A DNA stretch of 31,033 nucleotides from a virus (taxonomy: Duplodnaviria; Caudoviricetes): positions 1 through 31,033 of IMG/VR virus record IMGVR_UViG_3300031215_000047; one strand, 5' to 3'. Under the pieces are notes generated by a model, which saw only the letters and a program-made list of their open reading frames with translations, was not told where the DNA came from and searched no databases. This document shows positions 1 through 8,584 of the stretch, in pieces. The position numbers were made by a program, and so were the translations under genes. The number at the start of each line of letters is the position of its first letter. Within the stretch, counting starts at the first letter, position 1.

Positions 1-2
1 AT

Positions 3-335
3 TGTTTTTTTGCATTTGCAGATGGAGTTGTACACCAACCTACTTTAACAGGCGCTTGTGTTTTCGCACTAAATCAAGGTCGGGCATTTTACGACGAAAA
101 AAGCGCTAAACGTTTTAGAGAGCATGAACAACTACAATACGCGCTTGCGTGTGCTACTGAGAGTGGTCCACACTTGTATTTTTTATCTTGGAACACAAAA
201 GAAGATAAAATTTTTATAGGTTACTACTCCTGCCTTTACGTCAGGTTCGGTTTTAAAAGTCGCAGCGATGCAGAAAAATTCGCATCAAATTACACCCCAG
301 ACCAGATTAAATTAATGCTAGGTGTGGGGCTATGA
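3..335 (+). CDS. Hypothetical phage protein, 5'-truncated at window edge
   Basis: My translation: open frame from position 3 (CFFAFADG...QIKLMLGVGL*) ending TGA 333-335, with ATGA overlap onto the next ORF; not in the supplied track. Confidence 0.7.
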   Translation, partial: CFFAFADGVVHQPTLTGACVFALNQGRAFYDEKSAKRFREHEQLQYALACATESGPHLYFLSWNTKEDKIFIGYYSCLYVRFGFKSRSDAEKFASNYTPDQIKLMLGVGL

Positions 336-427
336 GCAACACCGAACTTTTAATAATACTAGGCATCATCGTGGCTTTTGTTGTGCTAGTGATGATGTTA
401 CTGAGAGAGGATGAAGGCGATGAATGA
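332..427 (+). CDS. 31-aa single-pass membrane microprotein
   Basis: MSNTELLIILGIIVAFVVLVMMLLREDEGDE*; ATGA-coupled to the upstream gene and fills the gap before the next gene; below the ORF-track length cutoff. Confidence 0.65.
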   Translation: MSNTELLIILGIIVAFVVLVMMLLREDEGDE

Positions 428-1004
428 ATATAACCAAGAACTAGAAACGCTTTATAACGGCTCAAAGCTAGATGCAAAAACCTTTGCTGATTTTAAAGAA
501 AGGCTAACATTTCATAGCGAAGGTGAAGGCGTTGACTGGCATTACACATCTGATGCACTTTTTGTTGTACAAAGCAAAGTTTTAATTAAGGGTTTGATGC
601 CTGATTACACAGATAAAAAGTGCATACATGACAATGAAAATTGTGAAAATTACTACAGCATGGATTCTTTTGTGGACATGCTTGGAAGTGATGGCGAATA
701 TTTAGAGCATTACGGGCTAAATGATTTCGAAACTCCATTTTTAGAGATGTCAGAAAGTGAACAGTGGGACTGCTTAGATACAGTTGATAACTTAACGATA
801 AGTGGTTGGGCAGAGGACTGGAAGTATGTCAACGCTCATTTTACGAAAGAAGCGGCGCAACGATTTATTGACCGCAAAAAGCATGACTACCGCAGTGGTA
901 TGCGTATTTACGTACATTCTCAATATTACGCTTGGGAATTTAACGCTATTAAAAACGCGATAATGAATGGCGATTTAGTGTTTAAGGAAAAAGCGAATGA
1001 CTAA
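411..1004 (+). CDS. Conserved phage hypothetical protein (acidic; resembles a domain seen in Ea22-like early proteins); start may be 420
   Basis: 197-aa ORF; C-terminal YVNAHFTKEAAQRFIDRKKHDY...RIYV motif recalled from phage early proteins. Confidence 0.75.
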   Translation: MKAMNEYNQELETLYNGSKLDAKTFADFKERLTFHSEGEGVDWHYTSDALFVVQSKVLIKGLMPDYTDKKCIHDNENCENYYSMDSFVDMLGSDGEYLEHYGLNDFETPFLEMSESEQWDCLDTVDNLTISGWAEDWKYVNAHFTKEAAQRFIDRKKHDYRSGMRIYVHSQYYAWEFNAIKNAIMNGDLVFKEKAND

Positions 1005-1338
1005 CCCCGAAATTAACAAGCGTATAGCGGAGTTGTATTTACCATGCGACTACTTACTGACTAAAGGTGTTGTCGAGCTAATAAGCACAGTAACAAAACT
1101 TGGCGCACATGGTGAACCTCACGAAGTGATAGAAAAGTACGGAGAGTTCAACCCTTGCGAAAACTGGAATCAGCTAATGCCGTTAGTTGTTGATAACAAA
1201 TTGTGTTTGAATTTTGAACCACATGACGGTGAATACTGTGCTGAGTCGTTTGCAGATAGCTACCAACACGAAAACCCTCAAATAGCACTTTGCATGTGTT
1301 TGATTAAAGTGCTTGCAGCTGAAAAGGAAAGCAAATGA
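997..1338 (+). CDS. NinX-like (DUF2591) phage protein
   Basis: EINKRIAE...FNPCENWNQLMPLV...ENPQIALCMCLIK pattern typical of the NinX family; overlaps both neighbours. Confidence 0.7.
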   Translation: MTNPEINKRIAELYLPCDYLLTKGVVELISTVTKLGAHGEPHEVIEKYGEFNPCENWNQLMPLVVDNKLCLNFEPHDGEYCAESFADSYQHENPQIALCMCLIKVLAAEKESK

Positions 1339-1745
1339 AAAAGCCAACTAGAAAACATCTACCTTGTCGTGAATGCGGAACCTCACACAACAATACGTTA
1401 TCAAGTACGATATGTGACTCTTGCGGTAAGAAGTTGCACACCGAAAACCTTAAACAAGCAGAGCTTAGACAAGCAGAGCTTAAACAAGCAGAGCTTGAAG
1501 ATGAAGTGGACCTCGGTGAGCGCATCACAGAACTTGAAAGACTAGTCGAAAAATACAAATGCCACATCGTAGAGTTACATGACGAACTATCAGGCTACGA
1601 AGAATTGTGCGACATAATTATAGCCCAAGACGATTTAGACGTTGATAGTGAAGCATTTGGCAGACTCGGTTTAGAAATACTAGGCAAAGCACAAGACAAA
1701 CTCGGATTAGTTGATAGAGTTAGGATGAGAGAGTTAAACAAATGA
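1335..1745 (+). CDS. Hypothetical protein with N-terminal Zn ribbon and coiled coil
   Basis: CRECG...CDSCG; ATGA overlaps at both ends; AAGGA SD. Confidence 0.75.
   Translation: MKKPTRKHLPCRECGTSHNNTLSSTICDSCGKKLHTENLKQAELRQAELKQAELEDEVDLGERITELERLVEKYKCHIVELHDELSGYEELCDIIIAQDDLDVDSEAFGRLGLEILGKAQDKLGLVDRVRMRELNK
1452..1496 (+). repeat. 3 x 15-bp in-frame tandem repeat (A[A/G]ACAAGCAGAGCTT; [K/R]QAEL)
   Basis: Read directly from the sequence. Confidence 0.9.
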
Positions 1746-2089
1746 CTGAAAACGAAAACATAAAATACAAACTTGAAACGTTAGCTAGCTATTGGCCAGA
1801 AGATTTAGACTACCCACAATTTGAAGTAGCTTACGAAATTGAAAGTGGAGAGGAATCTTTTAGGACAGTTTGCTGTATAGACTTAGCAGAGCAGGCGCTT
1901 AAACGCATCAAAGAACTTGAAGCCAACCAAGCCAAGCGAGATTTAGAACAGCAGGCGATAGCGTTAGATAACTTTAATATTCCCGAAGTGTCGTACACAG
2001 CTTTTCATACTATTGGTGATGCGCTTATCGAACAAGCTAAACAGTTACGCAAGCAAGCACAGGAGAAAGACAATGCTACTAACTACTAA
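1742..2089 (+). CDS. Hypothetical phage protein
   Basis: 115-aa ORF, ATGA-coupled, coiled-coil C-terminal half. Confidence 0.75.
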   Translation: MTENENIKYKLETLASYWPEDLDYPQFEVAYEIESGEESFRTVCCIDLAEQALKRIKELEANQAKRDLEQQAIALDNFNIPEVSYTAFHTIGDALIEQAKQLRKQAQEKDNATNY

Positions 2090-2249
2090 CCAGTTAGCAG
2101 ATAAAGAAGGTGTGAAGGTGTCAACAGTGCATCAGTCTTACTGGCTCAAGAAAGAGTTTAGAGGGTATAAACCAGTTGCGTTTCAGAACAAACAGGGTGT
2201 AGGCAACAGGGCATATATGTGGAGTAAGACCGATGAACAAACGACTTAA
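2073..2249 (+). CDS. Small excisionase/MerR-like HTH DNA-binding protein (58 aa)
   Basis: AGGAG SD at 2061-2065 supports ATG 2073; LTTNQLADKEGVKVSTVHQSY...GYKPV...YMW resembles the winged-HTH Xis-like family. Confidence 0.65.
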   Translation: MLLTTNQLADKEGVKVSTVHQSYWLKKEFRGYKPVAFQNKQGVGNRAYMWSKTDEQTT

Positions 2250-2337
2250 AGGGGAACTCTGGGATTTAATAGATACTATACTTGCAGTTGCTTGTATCGT
2301 ACTACTGTTAGTACTACTCAGTAGAATTTTTTGTTAG
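2233..2337 (+). CDS. 34-aa single-pass membrane microprotein
   Basis: MNKRLKGELWDLIDTILAVACIVLLLVLLSRIFC*; GGAG SD at 2221-2224; fills the gap between neighbouring genes. Confidence 0.65.
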   Translation: MNKRLKGELWDLIDTILAVACIVLLLVLLSRIFC

Positions 2338-2345
2338 GAGGTGTT

Positions 2346-2552
2346 ATGGCGACACGTAAAGAACAACGTAAGGCATTAGCTAAGCGTAACTTCCAAGAGC
2401 AGGAGAAGCGCCCTAAACCAAGAAGGCCACCCGTACCGCCGGCAGTGCGAAGCCTTTGTAATAGCAGGGTAAGCAACGAGAGAAAGAGAGACGAACTTGC
2501 ACTAGAGCGGGAGCTACGCAGGATTGAGGGGTACGATTTTGATGACCTATAA
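2346..2552 (+). CDS. Small basic hypothetical protein (68 aa)
   Basis: Strong AGGAGGT SD at 2336-2342 before ATG 2346 (MATRKEQRK...). Confidence 0.7.
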   Translation: MATRKEQRKALAKRNFQEQEKRPKPRRPPVPPAVRSLCNSRVSNERKRDELALERELRRIEGYDFDDL

Positions 2553-2585
2553 ACATAGCAACTAAATTCACGCAGGAGAACAGTA

Positions 2586-2918
2586 ATGGCGATGACACCA
2601 GAGAAAAAAGTAAAGAACGCAGTAGTCAAGGTTTTAAAAGAAATGGGATGCTATTACTTCTATCCCGTTACTGGCGGTTATGGTGGAAGCGGAGTGCCTG
2701 ACATCGTAGGTTGTTACTACGGTAAATTCTTTGGTATAGAGTGCAAGGCAGGTAAGAACAAACCCACTGCATTACAGCTTAAGAACTTACAGGAAATTAT
2801 GGAGTGTGGCGGCACAGCAGTGGTAGTCAACGAAGATAGCGTTCAGTACGTACGCGATTATCTGTTAGGCAAAAGCCCCAACCCACAACAGTTAGAATTT
2901 GATTTTGGAGTAGAGTAA
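2586..2918 (+). CDS. VRR-NUC domain nuclease (putative Holliday junction resolvase)
   Basis: TPEKKVK...SGVPDIVGC...FFGIECKAGKNKPTALQ PD-(D/E)xK signature. Confidence 0.9.
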   Translation: MAMTPEKKVKNAVVKVLKEMGCYYFYPVTGGYGGSGVPDIVGCYYGKFFGIECKAGKNKPTALQLKNLQEIMECGGTAVVVNEDSVQYVRDYLLGKSPNPQQLEFDFGVE

Positions 2919-3301
2919 TGGCTATATCGCACAAAGATTACCACGATTACCCCAACGCGCACGTGTATGGACGGATAGATAATGAACAGGTAGAAAGAAG
3001 AATCACGGACGGGGTATCGGGACAGAGTACCCCCTACGACGATACTAAGTTTGTGCTTGATAACATCTCACTGTCTGAGTTTAAAGTACTCTTAGAGATG
3101 TGCGATACCGCAACAACAGAGTGTCTATTAGTTGAAGCCGCACAAAACGGAAACGACATGCATAGGGGCATAGCGGCAGTGCACAAGCACACGCCCATCT
3201 CTTCCGTGGTTATGCTACAGAGCGATACAAACCGTAGGGTAAGGCAACTCGCCGCAATTAGGTTAAGTACTTACGAGGAAACTAAGAATGGCGCTGACTA
3301 A
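2918..3301 (+). CDS. Hypothetical protein
   Basis: 127-aa ORF with TAATG coupling and GGAG SD; no recognised motif. Confidence 0.7.
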   Translation: MAISHKDYHDYPNAHVYGRIDNEQVERRITDGVSGQSTPYDDTKFVLDNISLSEFKVLLEMCDTATTECLLVEAAQNGNDMHRGIAAVHKHTPISSVVMLQSDTNRRVRQLAAIRLSTYEETKNGAD

Positions 3302-5189
3302 AATCACGTTAGACTTCGAGACTTTTTACTCCAAAGAGTACTCACTGTCACGTCTTACCACAGAAGAATACATACGCGACCCACGCTTTGAGGTTATCGG
3401 AGTGGGCGTTAAGGTCAATGACGGCGAAACGGAGTGGGCAAGCGGTGACCACGTAGAACTGCAAGTGTTCTTGCTAGAATTTGATTGGGATAACGCAATA
3501 CTTGTATGTCAAAACACCGCTTTTGATGGTGCTATACTCTACTGGGTATTCGGTATCCGCCCGAAGATTTATGCCGATACTATGTGTATGAGCCGTGCAT
3601 GGGATGGGGTACACGTGAGCGCATCACTCGCCAAACAAGCAGAGCGCCGACTAGGTAAGAAGAAAGGCACAGAAGTTATTAGCGCTATAGGGATGCAACG
3701 AAAAGACTTCACGGAGTTGGGACTGTCGAATTATGGTGACTACTGCATTAACGATGCTGAGCTTACCTATGAACTGTTTATGCAGTACCTCAAAGGAGGC
3801 TTTCCTATTAAGGAGTTAAAGGTTATCGACTTAACACTCCGCATGTTTATCCAACCAAAGCTAGAGCTTGACCTACTACGCCTCGAATCGCACCTCCACG
3901 ATGTATCTAAACGCAAAGAAGACTTACTGATAGAAGCCGGTGTCGATAAGAAAGACCTTATGAGCAACAACAAGTTTGCTGCTTTGCTTAGAGAGTTAGA
4001 CATAGAGCCGCCGACAAAAATAAGTGTTAAAACAGGGAAAGAAGCATATGCCTTTGCAAGAACAGACGAAGGGTTTAAAGCACTACTCGAACACGATGAC
4101 GACCGAGTTCAGACATTGGCAAACGCAAGACTGGGTAACAAGTCAACGCTTGAGGAATCACGTGCCGAACGCTTTATAAGTATCGCCAAGCGAGGCATAT
4201 TGCCTGTACCAATCAAATATTACGGCGCTCACACAGGGCGGTGGTCTGGGCAGGACAAGATTAATTTACAAAACTTACCGAGCCGTGGACCCAATGGTAA
4301 GAAGTTAAAGAACACCATCCGTGCACCTAAAGGTTACGTATGCGTTGAGGCCGACTTAGCGCAAATCGAAGCGCGTATTGTAGCGTGGCTTGCAGGGCAG
4401 ACAGACCTAGTAGACGCTTTCGCCCGAGGTGAAGATGTTTATAAACTGATGGCATCTAAGATATATAACGTTACCGTAGAAGAAGTTACCGAAGCCCAAC
4501 GATTTATAGGTAAGATGACTATTCTTGGGTGTGGTTATGGTATGGGTGCTGAGCGATTTAAAGCACAAATAAAAGCAATGGGTAACGTAGACATACCCTT
4601 AGACGAATCTAGAATGATTGTGCAGACCTACCGCTCAAGTAACTTCAATATCAAGAAAATGTGGGCCGAAGCTAACCGCACAATAGAATACCTATGCCGT
4701 GGTGATGAAGTCTCGTTCGGTAAGATAGGCATACTCGATGTAGATGCCGACCGCAAGGCACTTATACTTCCTAACCTACTACCAATGTACTATAACGGGT
4801 TACACGTTATGTCGCAGGGTGACTACGGGCCGGAGTACGGAGTCAAAACCCGCAAGGGAGTAGAGAAAATCTACGGCGGTAAAGTAGTAGAGAACGCATG
4901 CCAAGCCCTAGCTAAGCTCGTTATAGCAGACCAGATGATACTGATAGGTAAAAAGTACCACGTAGCGCTAACCGTGCACGATTCTATGGTCGCATTAGTA
5001 CCCGAAGAAGAAGCAGATGACGGTGCGTATTACGTGTATACTTGTCTAAGACATGTACCTGCGTGGGCGAAAGGCTTACCGCTTGATTGCGATGTAGGCT
5101 ATCACAAGTACTACGGTTCGTGTGGCGACAACACGAAAGCAATAACTAAACAATGTGCAAAGAGGTGGGCAAGTGAACGAACTAATTAA
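3288..5189 (+). CDS. polA: Phage DNA polymerase, family A, with 3'-5' exonuclease
   Basis: ExoI LDFET, ExoII NTAFD, ExoIII YCIND; HTGRWSG...NLQNLP; motif A ADLAQIEAR; motif B RFIGKMTILGCGYG; motif C TVHDS. Confidence 0.95.
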   Translation: MALTKITLDFETFYSKEYSLSRLTTEEYIRDPRFEVIGVGVKVNDGETEWASGDHVELQVFLLEFDWDNAILVCQNTAFDGAILYWVFGIRPKIYADTMCMSRAWDGVHVSASLAKQAERRLGKKKGTEVISAIGMQRKDFTELGLSNYGDYCINDAELTYELFMQYLKGGFPIKELKVIDLTLRMFIQPKLELDLLRLESHLHDVSKRKEDLLIEAGVDKKDLMSNNKFAALLRELDIEPPTKISVKTGKEAYAFARTDEGFKALLEHDDDRVQTLANARLGNKSTLEESRAERFISIAKRGILPVPIKYYGAHTGRWSGQDKINLQNLPSRGPNGKKLKNTIRAPKGYVCVEADLAQIEARIVAWLAGQTDLVDAFARGEDVYKLMASKIYNVTVEEVTEAQRFIGKMTILGCGYGMGAERFKAQIKAMGNVDIPLDESRMIVQTYRSSNFNIKKMWAEANRTIEYLCRGDEVSFGKIGILDVDADRKALILPNLLPMYYNGLHVMSQGDYGPEYGVKTRKGVEKIYGGKVVENACQALAKLVIADQMILIGKKYHVALTVHDSMVALVPEEEADDGAYYVYTCLRHVPAWAKGLPLDCDVGYHKYYGSCGDNTKAITKQCAKRWASERTN

Positions 5190-5868
5190 TATACGGGCAA
5201 TATACCCAACATCATACAGTCATATAAAAGCATTCGAGCAGTGCCCCAAGCAGTTCTACCATGCGAAGCACCTTAACGAGTACCCATTCACTGAGTCGGT
5301 AGATACCTTATATGGCAAGCAAGCCCATAAAGTTGCCGAGGACTACGTAATCTCTGATGCCCCGATACCTAGTAAGTTCGAGTACATGAGACCAGTTCTT
5401 GACGCTCTCAAAAAGAAAGAGGGTAACAAGTTCGCTGAGATTAAACTTGGCATAACTGAGGACTTAGTACCTTGCACTTTTTTCTCGAAACAAGTTTGGA
5501 TTCGTGGCATTATCGATTTGTTGGTTGTCAACAAGAGCAAAAAACTTGCGTGGGTTATAGACTACAAGACTAGCAAAAACGCTAAGTATGCTGACCCTGA
5601 CCAGTTAGAGCTTATGGCATTACTAGTGTTTGCTAGCTACCCCGAAGTAGAAGAGATACGTGGCGGGTTAGTATTCGTTAAGTGTAACGAGTTAGTACGT
5701 AAGAAGTATCAGAAAATAAAACGCTCTGAGCTTTGGTCTAAATGGATTGCCAAACACAAGAAGATGCTCGAAGCCCATAAGCTAGACAGGTGGCCCACAA
5801 GAGAATCGGGCCTGTGTAGAAACCACTGCCCAGTGCAGGAATGTATTCATAATGGAGCGAACAACTGA
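5173..5868 (+). CDS. Cas4/RecB-like PD-(D/E)xK exonuclease
   Basis: SYS...CP, RGIIDLL, VIDYKT, QLELMA and C-terminal CxxxCxxxxC; GTG 5173 preceded by GAGGT (the track gives 5155). Confidence 0.88.
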   Translation: MNELINIRAIYPTSYSHIKAFEQCPKQFYHAKHLNEYPFTESVDTLYGKQAHKVAEDYVISDAPIPSKFEYMRPVLDALKKKEGNKFAEIKLGITEDLVPCTFFSKQVWIRGIIDLLVVNKSKKLAWVIDYKTSKNAKYADPDQLELMALLVFASYPEVEEIRGGLVFVKCNELVRKKYQKIKRSELWSKWIAKHKKMLEAHKLDRWPTRESGLCRNHCPVQECIHNGANN

Positions 5869-6143
5869 TGGCTAGAAAACCTCAACCAAACCCGCCCAAA
5901 GGCTCTAAGGAGCATGAACGCAGAATGGAGCGCCAACGTGCTAGACGCGCTGTGGATAAGAAACATACAGGCAGTATGACGAAAACCGTAAACGGCAAAC
6001 GTGTTGTTAGTAAATCCCCTAAACGTGACGGCAAAGATGTGTCGCACAAAAAAGCTTTATCCAAAGGCGGTAGTAATAAAAACGGCACGTTCTTAGAACC
6101 ACCTAGCAAGAATAGGTCACGTAACTACAAAAATAAAAAATAA
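5868..6143 (+). CDS. Small basic HNH-like protein
   Basis: GKDVSHKKALSKGGSN...KNRSRN resembles the minimal beta-beta-alpha HNH core; GGAG SD. Confidence 0.7.
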   Translation: MARKPQPNPPKGSKEHERRMERQRARRAVDKKHTGSMTKTVNGKRVVSKSPKRDGKDVSHKKALSKGGSNKNGTFLEPPSKNRSRNYKNKK

Positions 6144-6145
6144 CT

Positions 6146-6164
6146 GTTATGGGATTCCCATAAC
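6146..6164. promoter_or_regulatory. Perfect palindrome GTTATGGGA-T-TCCCATAAC (candidate operator or RNA hairpin), copy 1
   Basis: Intergenic, 9-bp arms; the same 17-bp core recurs at 9515-9531. Confidence 0.7.
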
Positions 6165-6177
6165 CAACCGGATTTAT

Positions 6178-7710
6178 ATGCAAATACTAAACGACAAAGC
6201 TATCTTGTTGGAGGTCGATAACCCCCAACAAGTGGTAAACTTAATCCCCAAGAGCCGGATAGTGGGCGATAAAGTCGCTGTCCACTGGGGCTTAGAAGAA
6301 ATAATGGTACTACGTAACCTAGGCTACGACGTACCTAGTCCAATCGAAGGCAGATACAAATTCCCCTCTGCCATGACTCCCTACGAACACCAAGTAAAGA
6401 CTGCGGCGTTTCTCTCTGTTAATCCACGTGCTTACTTGTTATCAGAACAAGGGACAGGCAAGACAGCCTCCGCTATATGGGCATCCGACTACTTACTAAA
6501 ACAAGGTAGGATAAATCGGGTACTCGTAGTGTGCCCTCTATCTATCATGGAGTCGGCGTGGAAAGATGATATGTTTAAGTTCGCCATGCACCGTACAGTA
6601 GAGGTAGCCCACGGCGCTAAAGAGAAACGCAGAAAAGTGCTAGCCTTAAACACGGACTACGTAGTAATCAACTACGACGGCATCGAAGTTATACGTGACG
6701 ACATAGCCGCCGGCGGTTTCGACTGCATAATAATCGATGAAGCTAACCACTATAAAAACCCGCAGACCGAACGGTGGAAAACTCTCAACAGCCTCGTGAA
6801 ACCAGATACATGGTTGTGGATGATGACAGGTACACCTGCGGCACAAAACCCCGTAGATGCGTATGGACTGGCTAAGATGATGGACCCTAGCTCTGTACCA
6901 AAATACTTCGGCAAGTTCCGAGATATGGTCATGCAGAAAATCACGCAGTTTAAATGGGTCCCTAAACACAACGCTAGGGATACAATACATAACGTGTTAC
7001 AACCCGCTATCCGGTTCACCAAAGACCAATGCTTAGACCTACCGCCGATTACGATTACGTCGCGGGACGTAGAAATGACCCCGCAGCAAAACAAATATTA
7101 TAAGGTGCTCAAAAACAAAATGGTTATGTCTGCAGCGGGGGAAGCGGTCACCGCGAGGAATGCCGCTATCCAGCTTGCTAAGCTGATGCAAATTAGCCTA
7201 GGTGCTGTGTACACCGATGAAGGAGAGGTGTTACAGTTTGACGTTACCCCCAGATACAAAGCACTAAAGGAAGTTATGGAAGAGGCAAACAAGAAAGTCA
7301 TTGTTTTCGTGCCGTTTAAAAACAGTATCAACTTGGTAGTGGAGAAGCTGAGAAAGGACAAAATATCGTGCGATATTATATCCGGAGAGGTAAGCGCGTC
7401 TAAGCGTTCAGAGATTTTTAGAGCTTTCCAAACCTCCGATACGCCTCAAGTTTTAGTCATCCAACCACAGGCGGCGGCACACGGTGTTACCCTAACTGCC
7501 GCAGACACAATAGTGTGGTGGGGGCCGACACCTAGTTTAGAAACGTACTTACAAGCAAACGCTAGGATTCATCGCCCGGGCCAAGATAGCAAATGCACCA
7601 TAGTTCAACTAAGAGGGTCTTACGTAGAAAGACGTTATTACGCAATGTTAGATACGAGAATAGACTTCCACACAGGTTTAGTAGACCTTTACAAAGAAAT
7701 ACTTGACTAG
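6178..7710 (+). CDS. SNF2-family (SF2) DNA helicase
   Basis: PYEHQ, EQGTGKT (Walker A), IIIDEAN (Walker B), MTGTP, HGVTLT, QANARIHRPGQ. Confidence 0.93.
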   Translation: MQILNDKAILLEVDNPQQVVNLIPKSRIVGDKVAVHWGLEEIMVLRNLGYDVPSPIEGRYKFPSAMTPYEHQVKTAAFLSVNPRAYLLSEQGTGKTASAIWASDYLLKQGRINRVLVVCPLSIMESAWKDDMFKFAMHRTVEVAHGAKEKRRKVLALNTDYVVINYDGIEVIRDDIAAGGFDCIIIDEANHYKNPQTERWKTLNSLVKPDTWLWMMTGTPAAQNPVDAYGLAKMMDPSSVPKYFGKFRDMVMQKITQFKWVPKHNARDTIHNVLQPAIRFTKDQCLDLPPITITSRDVEMTPQQNKYYKVLKNKMVMSAAGEAVTARNAAIQLAKLMQISLGAVYTDEGEVLQFDVTPRYKALKEVMEEANKKVIVFVPFKNSINLVVEKLRKDKISCDIISGEVSASKRSEIFRAFQTSDTPQVLVIQPQAAAHGVTLTAADTIVWWGPTPSLETYLQANARIHRPGQDSKCTIVQLRGSYVERRYYAMLDTRIDFHTGLVDLYKEILD

Positions 7711-7731
7711 CGTAAGTTTAGCCATTATATT
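7703..7731 (+). promoter_or_regulatory. Sigma70-type promoter TTGACT-N17-TATATT
   Basis: -35 at 7703-7708 (overlapping the end of the helicase gene), exact 17-bp spacer, -10 at 7726-7731, upstream of the GGAG SD and ATG 7758. Confidence 0.8.
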
Positions 7732-7757
7732 ACAAGTTCAACCAACCGGAGATTAAC

Positions 7758-8171
7758 ATGACTGACAGTACTGACAGTGGCTTACTGCCCGAAAAACTTA
7801 CCCGAGTATTCCTCAAGATACGCGACAGACGTAGCGAACTAAAAGCCGCGTTTTCTGAAGAAGACAAAAAACTAGAGGCCCAGCAAGATAAAGTTAAGGC
7901 CGCGCTTCTAGGTTTCTGCAAAACAAATGGCGTAGATAGCGTAAAAACAAACGCCGGCACGTTCTTCCGCACAGTTAAAACACGTTACTGGACTAACGAT
8001 TGGGAGGAGATGAATGCATTTATCAAAGACAATGATGCGCAACACTTCTACGAGAAACGCCTAAACCAAACTGCGGTTAAAGAGTTTATAGAGGAGGAGT
8101 TAGAGGGTAGCGCACCTGATTTTATTAACATAACTTCTGAATACCAAGTATCAGTAAGGAAAGGAAAATGA
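7758..8171 (+). CDS. Conserved phage hypothetical protein (N-terminal coiled coil)
   Basis: 137-aa ORF with GGAG SD; FLKIRD...SVKTNAGTFFR...RYWTNDW pattern recalled from similar phage replication modules. Confidence 0.8.
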   Translation: MTDSTDSGLLPEKLTRVFLKIRDRRSELKAAFSEEDKKLEAQQDKVKAALLGFCKTNGVDSVKTNAGTFFRTVKTRYWTNDWEEMNAFIKDNDAQHFYEKRLNQTAVKEFIEEELEGSAPDFINITSEYQVSVRKGK

Positions 8172-8575
8172 GTAACGGTCCATACGTTGGGATAGAAGCA
8201 CTAGCTAATTACTTCGGTGTTTCTACGTCAACGATACGCCAGTGGTTACGCGCCGATAAAATACCTGACAGCACCTACTTACGTGTCGGTTTAACATACC
8301 GATTCCATTTACGTGCTATAGAGGATGCGTTGCTTAACTACAAATCGCGTGAGGGGATGACCTCCGAAGAACGGGCTAAGTTTGCCGATGCTATCATACA
8401 AAGTTTGGATAGTAGTGTAGACGAAACCCAAGCGGGTATATCTGAGCGCAGACTGCGAGAAGCAAATGCGGAGCTAGATGCAAAATCGCGTGGTGTACCG
8501 TACCTGAAAGAAGACCAAAGTTTGGACGAGGAACTTTCCTCTATCCTAGAAGACGATGAACTAAAAGACATATAA
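8168..8575 (+). CDS. Excisionase-like (HTH_17) DNA-binding protein with acidic C-terminal extension
   Basis: IEALANYFGVSTSTIRQWLR...IP...RVGLTYRF. Confidence 0.8.
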   Translation: MSNGPYVGIEALANYFGVSTSTIRQWLRADKIPDSTYLRVGLTYRFHLRAIEDALLNYKSREGMTSEERAKFADAIIQSLDSSVDETQAGISERRLREANAELDAKSRGVPYLKEDQSLDEELSSILEDDELKDI

Positions 8576-8584
8576 GGTAAAACA

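Noticed and set aside
5173-5868. Cas4 as part of a CRISPR-Cas system
   Set aside because: No other cas genes or array; solo Cas4-like nucleases are routine in phage replication modules
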